Source of the DNA: Limisphaerales bacterium
GTDB taxonomy: Bacteria; Verrucomicrobiota; Verrucomicrobiia; Limisphaerales; JAJOIW01
Length of the DNA: 12,355 nt
Assembly (NCBI GenBank): GCA_965657355.1
Contig: CBFHOE010000001.1
Location: forward strand, 357,675 to 370,029
Direction: 5' to 3'
Below are positions 6,771 through 12,355 of the stretch, piece after piece (positions within the stretch are counted from its first letter, which is position 1; each line of letters opens with the position of its first letter). The notes under the pieces are model-generated. The model saw only the letters and a program-made list of their open reading frames with translations. It made no database searches and was not told where the DNA came from. The position numbers were made by a program, and so were the translations under genes.

Positions 6771-7916
6771 TCAACTTACTAGCATTTGGTCTTTCTCCGA
6801 TCGATTTGACGAAATTGGCTCGTAAAATGTGTCGCGTTGTACCGGGATCTTTCCACATTCTAAGATGGCATTTTTCATATCTTCTTCTGTTTGTGTTTGT
6901 GGAGAATCAGCTCCTGCCATGTGGAATATTTTTTCTTCCAATATCGTTCCATGCAAATCGTCTGCCCCGTAGTTTAGAGCAATTTGCGCTAAGGAAGTGC
7001 CAAGTCCTACCCAATAGGCAGTTATGTGATCAAAATTGTCGAGCATTAAGCGACTTATGGCAATTGTCTTGAGACATTCAGCACCCGTTGGCCCGGTTTT
7101 TACCGGAATTTTATTATTGTCTGGTTGATAGGCCAAAGGCACAAACCCAGTGAAGCCCGCTGTATCGTCTTGCAACTTTCTAAGCATATCGAGATGCTCC
7201 GCTCTGTGACGATAAGTTTCCAGGTGACCAAAGAGCATTGTGGAAGTACTTCTACCACCCAGCTGATGCCATGTCTTATGAACATCGAGGTATTCTTCGG
7301 CAGATTCCTTTCCAACGGCGATTTTCTTTCGAATGTCAGGATTAAAAATTTCAGCTCCACCGCCGGTCAGGGAATCCAGGCCTTTTTGTTGCAATGCCGA
7401 AAGTGTTTGTTTGACTGATTGCTTGGATAACCACGCAAGGTGGTGGATTTCGATTGCTGTGAAGCATTTTAATTTTAATGAAGGATCCAATTCCTTCAAA
7501 CTCGACAGCATATCCAGATAATATTGAAATGGTAGCGAAGGATGTAAGCCTCCAACGATATGTAATTCAGTAATTCCGATTTTCAATGCTTGCTCCGCTT
7601 TTTCTTTGATTTCGTCGAGACTTAATTGGAATCCATCAGCATCTCTTTTTTTCTTTGAGAATGCACAGAACTGGCATGAGAGGATGCAATAATTAGAATA
7701 ATTAATGTACCTATTGACGATGTAGCTTGCGTCATTTCCATTTTTGCGATTGTTGATAGTATGGGCGACCAAACCAAGTTCATTCACCTCGCCGAATCGA
7801 AATAGCTCTTCGCCTTCTTGAATCGAAAGTCTTTCAGAGCGCAACGCCTTTTCGAGTATCTTTTTAACCCTAGATTTGCTGATGAGAAATTCTATGTCTG
7901 GTGAAATTAAATCCAT
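6771..7916 (-). CDS. mqnE: Aminofutalosine synthase MqnE (CofH/MqnC-like radical SAM)
   Basis: CILSCQFC radical SAM motif, ELHIVGGLHP, FTAIEI, GGGAEIF, TMLFGHLE, LMLDNFDHITAYW and GTILEEKIFHMAGA. The AYW and EEKIxHMAGA signatures favour MqnE over MqnC. Adjacent to quinone prenylation genes. Confidence 0.82.
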   Translation of the reverse strand: MDLISPDIEFLISKSRVKKILEKALRSERLSIQEGEELFRFGEVNELGLVAHTINNRKNGNDASYIVNRYINYSNYCILSCQFCAFSKKKRDADGFQLSLDEIKEKAEQALKIGITELHIVGGLHPSLPFQYYLDMLSSLKELDPSLKLKCFTAIEIHHLAWLSKQSVKQTLSALQQKGLDSLTGGGAEIFNPDIRKKIAVGKESAEEYLDVHKTWHQLGGRSTSTMLFGHLETYRHRAEHLDMLRKLQDDTAGFTGFVPLAYQPDNNKIPVKTGPTGAECLKTIAISRLMLDNFDHITAYWVGLGTSLAQIALNYGADDLHGTILEEKIFHMAGADSPQTQTEEDMKNAILECGKIPVQRDTFYEPISSNRSEKDQMLVS

Positions 7917-8797
7917 ACTTCAAGTAATATTGAGATCAGATAGATCAAGCTAACTAACGCGTTTAATCGGAAAAAGGCAATGTTGACCCAATCGAGCTTT
8001 CGTTGACGTGCAACTATATGCTCGTAATTTAGGCCGACAAAAATTAAAAATAGCCCAGAAAAATAAAACCATCCCATATTGGCCATAATTCCTAAGGCCA
8101 AAAAAGCAAGCCACATCATAAAATGAGATGTCCATGCTATTTTCAACGAGGTAGGTATTCCAAATTTGACGACAACTGACTTCAGCCCCGATTCCTTGTC
8201 AAAGTCATAATCTTGAGTTGCATAGATGATATCAAAACCGATCAACCACAATGTGACGCCGAGACCCATTAGTATTGGTATCCAGATACCTGATTCTAAA
8301 GGATCTACAGAGAAATTCCCTTTGACTGCGAGCCAGGCACCAACTGGGGCCAATGACAAGGCCAAACCTAAGAAAATGTGGGTAAAATTGGTGAACCGTT
8401 TTGTCAGTGAATAAAAGTAAACGGTCAACAAAGCAACGGGTGAAAGATAAAAGCATGTAAAACTAATAAAAAATGTGGTGGCTATAAATGCAGTACCAGA
8501 CGCAGCGCAGAGGGTCCAAGCGCTTGCTAATGAGATTTTTCCTTTGGGTAAGTGCCGGTCTGCAGTGCGCGGGTTTTTGGCGTCAAACTTTCTATCAACG
8601 ATTCTGTTAAAAGCCATTGCTGAAGTTCTGGCGAAGAACATGCAAAAAATGATGAGCAAAAACAGCTTCCAACCGGGCCAGCCATTGGTTTCCTTGCTTG
8701 CTAATACCATGGCTGAAAGTGCAAATGGTAGCGCGAATATCGTGTGCGATATCTTGACGAAATCACCCCATTTTTTTGCTTCTGATAGGATTCGCAT
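7907..8797 (-). CDS. ubiA: UbiA-family polyprenyltransferase (MqnP-like, futalosine-route menaquinone prenylation)
   Basis: VKISHTIFALPFA, ARTSAMAFNRIVDRKFDAKNPRTADRHLPKG, YSLTKRFT, GFDIIYATQDYDFD, AFFRLN and multiple TM helices. Overlaps the mqnE start by 10 nt. Confidence 0.9.
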   Translation of the reverse strand: MRILSEAKKWGDFVKISHTIFALPFALSAMVLASKETNGWPGWKLFLLIIFCMFFARTSAMAFNRIVDRKFDAKNPRTADRHLPKGKISLASAWTLCAASGTAFIATTFFISFTCFYLSPVALLTVYFYSLTKRFTNFTHIFLGLALSLAPVGAWLAVKGNFSVDPLESGIWIPILMGLGVTLWLIGFDIIYATQDYDFDKESGLKSVVVKFGIPTSLKIAWTSHFMMWLAFLALGIMANMGWFYFSGLFLIFVGLNYEHIVARQRKLDWVNIAFFRLNALVSLIYLISILLEVWI

Positions 8798-8808
8798 AAT
8801 GACTAGAT

Positions 8809-9387
8809 TCAGTTGCTTTGGTTCGCTCTATCCTCAATGTCATCCTGCCATTTAGGCATGAAGTTTTGGCTGATGCCCATATTGTCAAGAACCCTTGCGA
8901 CAACTGTATCCACGAGTTCTTCGATTGTTGTTGGCATGCTGTAAAAACTGGGGCTAGCTGGAATTATGTGAGCTCCAGCTAATTGCAAAATTTCCAAATT
9001 CTTAATGTGAATCAAATTTACTGGTGTCTCCCTTGGCACGACAATAAGTCTCCGTTTCTCCTTTAAAACAACATCAGCACCCCTGGCCATGGCATCTTGG
9101 CTGTAACCATGGGCTATCCTACCCAGTGTCCCCATGCTGCAAGGTATGACAACCATAACATCCGGAACATTGCTGCCGCTTGCAAACGGCACATGCATGC
9201 TTGACGGGCCGAATTCCTTAACCCCATCTAAATACTCCAAATCACCACCTAGTTCCTCTTTAATGACGACCTTTGCGTATTTACTGTAGACAACCGAAAT
9301 ATCATGACCTTTTCCCACTAACCTTTTTAGTAAGCGTTTGGCGTATATGACTCCGCTTGCCCCTGTTATCCCTATCAATACGTTCAT
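8809..9387 (-). CDS. ubiX: Flavin prenyltransferase UbiX
   Basis: IGITGASGVIYA, PFASGS, VIPCSMGTLGRIAHG, ADVVLKEKRRLIVVPRETP, IIPASPSFY and VARVLD. ATG 9387 is preferred; TTG 9396 is an in-frame alternative. Confidence 0.95.
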   Translation of the reverse strand: MNVLIGITGASGVIYAKRLLKRLVGKGHDISVVYSKYAKVVIKEELGGDLEYLDGVKEFGPSSMHVPFASGSNVPDVMVVIPCSMGTLGRIAHGYSQDAMARGADVVLKEKRRLIVVPRETPVNLIHIKNLEILQLAGAHIIPASPSFYSMPTTIEELVDTVVARVLDNMGISQNFMPKWQDDIEDRANQSN

Positions 9388-9427
9388 TCCCGTCAAAATA
9401 AATATATACCCAGTCTATATTGATTCC

Positions 9428-9455
9428 AGTAATTTCTGTAAAAACAGAAATTACT
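9428..9455. promoter_or_regulatory. Perfect 12-4-12 inverted repeat (candidate operator or hairpin)
   Basis: AGTAATTTCTGT-AAAA-ACAGAAATTACT in the fxsA-ubiX spacer. The symmetry is directly visible; the function is inferred. Confidence 0.6.
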
Positions 9456-9480
9456 CTTTTTTGCCTTTTTGAGAGACAGC

Positions 9481-9939
9481 TTAAACGTCGATGACGTCAT
9501 CTGGATTTTGAGAATGACTGCGGTGCGGATCGCTCTGAGGCTTTTGGGGCCGGGAATAAAATTGATTATTGATCCCACTTTTAATATTGGATTTAAATTT
9601 TGCAGAGAGAAGTTGAGCTGTTTTTTTTCTGAACTTGGGGATCATGAGAGAGAAGCCTAAAGCGTCTGTTAATATTCCTGGTGTCAATAGGACGATACCT
9701 CCTATTAAAACCAATAAGCCTTCGACGAGGGTTAATGCCGGCGGATTGCCTTTGGCCATATTATTTTGAATTTCCCTGAGAACTTCTAAACCCTGCATTC
9801 GAGCTAGGCTCGCTCCAATGACTCCCGTAAATACAATGAGAAGCAGGGTTCCTCCAAGCCCAATGAATTTAGACACATAGACAAGTGTCATCATTTCGAC
9901 CAAAGGAACGGTGATAAATAATAAAAGCAACCGTGACAT
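9481..9939 (-). CDS. fxsA: FxsA family inner-membrane protein
   Basis: LLFITVPLVEM, TLLLIVFTGVIGASLARMQGL, IGGIVLLTPGILTDALGFSL and a polar tail ending DDVIDV. Confidence 0.93.
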   Translation of the reverse strand: MSRLLLLFITVPLVEMMTLVYVSKFIGLGGTLLLIVFTGVIGASLARMQGLEVLREIQNNMAKGNPPALTLVEGLLVLIGGIVLLTPGILTDALGFSLMIPKFRKKTAQLLSAKFKSNIKSGINNQFYSRPQKPQSDPHRSHSQNPDDVIDV

Positions 9940-10000
9940 CTTCTCTAACTACGATAATCAAAATATCTTAATTTGCGACTGATTTATTCATAAATAGCTT

Positions 10001-10021
10001 CACAAACGTGCACGTTTTGTG
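10001..10021. promoter_or_regulatory. Palindromic operator-like site in the divergent fxsA/MFS spacer
   Basis: Perfect 14-bp palindrome AAACGTGCACGTTT (10004-10017), extending to CAC...GTG with one extra T. Confidence 0.5.
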
Positions 10022-10098
10022 GTTTCAGGATCGCCGAAATCAAAGTAGTGTGGGATTGCCGGCTTTTGGATTATGCTGGTCGGTATCCCACATAATAG

Positions 10099-11322
10099 GT
10101 GAAGAAATTTAAGATATTTGATTTATCCGGTGTTTTGGTGCTCGTCACAATGATGCAATTTGCTGTCGGCGGCGCTGTTTTACCTTTCATTGCTTTCCAC
10201 TTAATCGACGAGGGATTTAGCTTCCGGCACATCGGAGAAATTTTCTTTTTTGGCTCTGCTTCATCACTCCTATTTCCCTTTATCTGGGGTTACCTGTCAG
10301 ACAGATTTATTCCACTGAATCAGTTGTTTATCATTCTTAATTTAGTCGCAGGCATATTATTAATAATTTTGGAAAGGAGCAGCGGATTGCTCATGCATCA
10401 AATTGTTTTTGCGGGGTATTACGCATTCTATCATCCAACAATTATTCTAATTAATTCCCTTTGCTTCCATCATCTGAAAAATCCCGGACAGGAATTCGGA
10501 AAGATACGTGGCTTGGGGTCACTTGGTTGGATATTACCGTCCATTCCACTTTTTTGGATATATTCAACAATGGATTCTGTGCCCACTGGTAATTGCTTAT
10601 ATTTGGCAGCTGGAATTTCTATAACGAATGCATTGCTCTGTTTTTTCTTGCCCCATACAAAAATAGAGAAAACGAAGTTATCAGTAGTTTCCGAAAAAGA
10701 AGCGGAATACAAGAACTGTCTTTTCAAATTGTTGCGCGATAAGAATTTTATCTTTCTCATGATTTCGCTTTTCTTCGCCTCCGCTAGTTTTGCTATTTTG
10801 GCATTTTTTTCCACCCCATACCTTGAGGAATTAGGAATATCAAGAGCTATGGCTGGGCCCATACAAAGTATCGGAGTTATTGCGGAGGTTATCCTAATGC
10901 CATTATTGCCCTTGTTTTTTTCGAAATTCGGCTACGTGAGGGGCTTGGTATTCGGGCTTTTGTGTTTATTTGCACGTCATGTAACCAGTTATTTTTTCGA
11001 AAGTGGCATTTTATTTAGCTGGCTTTATGTATTGGTTGGTTTGATGGTTATTTATTATTACACTGTCGCAAGCATGGCTTTGGATAGACTGGCCCACTCT
11101 GTGGTTCGTTCCTCAGCTCAAACCTTTATGGTTATGCTTGGATCTGGGTTGGGACCCATGTGCGCGAATCTAGCGGCCGGTATTATCGTTGATAACTCTG
11201 AGACTAATTCGCTGAGACCAATTTTTGGATTTGGTTCGGTTTTAGCATTTCTAAGTCTTTTATCCCTGATGCCTATTTATAAATCCCTGAGGCAATTTTT
11301 AGATAATTTACCTGCACGCTAG
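10099..11322 (+). CDS. MFS permease, nucleoside:H+ symporter / LacY-like group; substrate unknown
   Basis: 407 aa with about 12 hydrophobic segments, WGYLSDRF, FGKIRGLGSLGWI, SIGVIAEV and VRSSAQ. GTG start. Confidence 0.88.
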   Translation: MKKFKIFDLSGVLVLVTMMQFAVGGAVLPFIAFHLIDEGFSFRHIGEIFFFGSASSLLFPFIWGYLSDRFIPLNQLFIILNLVAGILLIILERSSGLLMHQIVFAGYYAFYHPTIILINSLCFHHLKNPGQEFGKIRGLGSLGWILPSIPLFWIYSTMDSVPTGNCLYLAAGISITNALLCFFLPHTKIEKTKLSVVSEKEAEYKNCLFKLLRDKNFIFLMISLFFASASFAILAFFSTPYLEELGISRAMAGPIQSIGVIAEVILMPLLPLFFSKFGYVRGLVFGLLCLFARHVTSYFFESGILFSWLYVLVGLMVIYYYTVASMALDRLAHSVVRSSAQTFMVMLGSGLGPMCANLAAGIIVDNSETNSLRPIFGFGSVLAFLSLLSLMPIYKSLRQFLDNLPAR

Positions 11323-11354
11323 AAGAAAACTAGGTAGGATTCTCCAAACCATTT

Positions 11355-12353
11355 ATGAACATGCGGCGAAAGATTATTTTGTTTAAATCCCAATTTCTAC
11401 TCGGTCTAGTTTCTCTATTTTTAGCCGGTTGTGACGGCGAAAGACGACCTAAAACTCAATCTTATCCGACAAAATCAATAAGTATCATCTGCCCGTGGGG
11501 AGAAGGAGGTGGAACGGATAGGCTGTCTCGATTTATGGCTAGTCAATTAGAGGAAGATCTTGGTGTCCCGGTCGTCGTTAAAAATAAAAAGGGAGGTAGG
11601 GGTGCTGTTGGGCACAGCTTCGGGGCAAATGCCGCACCTGATGGGTATACAATGACGATGGGCACATTCGAATTGAGCACCATGCACTGGATGAAAATCT
11701 CCGACCTTTCCTACCTCAACTACAAGCCATTAGCCCAGTTAAATGCTGACCCTGCGGCAATTATCGTACGCAGTGATTCGGACATAAAATCAATAAAACA
11801 ATTGCTTGAGGTCATTGAAACCAAAAAGGATCAGACCAAATTGAAGTTTTCTGGGACATCAACTGGCGGGGCCTGGGATTTGGCCAGAGCAGGCTGGCTG
11901 TTGTCCGCTGGTTTACCGGTAGATTCTGTTATCTGGGTGCCAACGGATGGCTCTAAAGAATCTATTTTGAAACTATTGGGTGGGCATATTGACGTCATTT
12001 GCTGCAGCCTGCCTGAAGCAGATGCCAATCTTAAAAGTGGTGATTTAGTTTCTCTGGTTGTCATGTCCGAAAACAGATTAAAAGCATATCCAGAAGTGCC
12101 AACGTTGAAGGAAATGGGATATCAATGGACAGCTGTTGGATGGAGAGGACTTCTCATGCCGGTAGAAACTCCGCAAGAAATCATCGATAAATTATCTGAA
12201 TCTGTAAGAAACATTACCGAATCAACTGAGTTCTCGGATTATATGGAAAAAAATAGGTTCGCTCCGTCGATTAAATTTGGTGCTGAATTTAAAAACTTTC
12301 TCCAAACCCAGGACCAATTATGGAAAACTCCAGTAGAAAAAGCAGGTCTGTAA
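11355..12353 (+). CDS. Tripartite tricarboxylate transporter substrate-binding protein (Bug/TctC family), lipoprotein
   Basis: YPTKSISIICPWGEGGGTDRLSR, VVVKNKKGGRG, AAPDGYT, LLGGHIDV, RLKAYPEVPTLKEMG and WRGLLMPVETP. Lipobox LAG-C26; stop TAA at 12351-12353. Confidence 0.93.
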   Translation: MNMRRKIILFKSQFLLGLVSLFLAGCDGERRPKTQSYPTKSISIICPWGEGGGTDRLSRFMASQLEEDLGVPVVVKNKKGGRGAVGHSFGANAAPDGYTMTMGTFELSTMHWMKISDLSYLNYKPLAQLNADPAAIIVRSDSDIKSIKQLLEVIETKKDQTKLKFSGTSTGGAWDLARAGWLLSAGLPVDSVIWVPTDGSKESILKLLGGHIDVICCSLPEADANLKSGDLVSLVVMSENRLKAYPEVPTLKEMGYQWTAVGWRGLLMPVETPQEIIDKLSESVRNITESTEFSDYMEKNRFAPSIKFGAEFKNFLQTQDQLWKTPVEKAGL

Positions 12354-12355
12354 AC

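Noticed and set aside
6771..7916. CofH (F420 biosynthesis) or MqnC assignment
   Set aside because: There are no cof genes in the window, the context is quinone prenylation, and the C-terminal motifs fit MqnE better.
9436..9447. CTGT...ACAG as a LexA/SOS box
   Set aside because: The spacer is 4 nt, not the 8 nt of the gammaproteobacterial CTGT-N8-ACAG box.
9393..9660. ORFs 9393-9578 (-) and 9469-9660 (+) around the fxsA-ubiX spacer
   Set aside because: They overlap fxsA extensively and have no family features; 9393-9578 also runs through the palindrome and homopolymer tracts, which looks non-coding.
9481..9939. fxsA as evidence of an anti-phage island
   Set aside because: FxsA is a widespread membrane protein named for suppressing F exclusion of T7. 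The neighbours are housekeeping genes, with no nuclease, toxin, integrase or obvious compositional shift.
52..12064. Short alternative-frame and antisense ORFs in the track (e.g. 52-273, 1112-1369, 1623-1892, 4847-5113, 7125-7418, 8475-8855, 10470-10862, 11831-12064)
   Set aside because: All lie on or opposite well-supported genes and show no recognisable motifs; they are treated as shadow ORFs.
1..12355. tRNA, rRNA, CRISPR array, IS element or prophage
   Set aside because: All spacers are under about 160 nt, with no cloverleaf, periodic repeat-spacer pattern, transposase or phage-like ORF visible.

Overview
Gene-dense bacterial chromosomal segment, roughly 40% GC by eye. The protein set is reminiscent of Verrucomicrobiota/PVC, but that assignment is inference only. 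It has 14 coding regions, mostly cofactor metabolism and membrane proteins: the 3' end of hemC and a fused cobA/hemD (+); lemA followed by a long HtpX-like M48 protease (-); a cupin-glutaredoxin-lipA run (-) divergent from a single-domain rhodanese (+); fxsA, ubiX, a UbiA-family prenyltransferase (MqnP-like) and mqnE of the futalosine menaquinone route (-); and an MFS permease plus a Bug/TctC lipoprotein (+). I saw no RNA genes, mobile elements or CRISPR arrays, and nothing here is provably a new system. The best leads are (1) a Cys-rich cupin, glutaredoxin and rhodanese clustered around lipoyl synthase, possibly a sulfur/Fe-S support module; (2) a perfect 28-bp palindrome in front of the ubiX-mqnP-mqnE genes; (3) a LemA partner protease with a long tail containing two TerB-like motifs; and (4) several operator- or hairpin-like intergenic elements.
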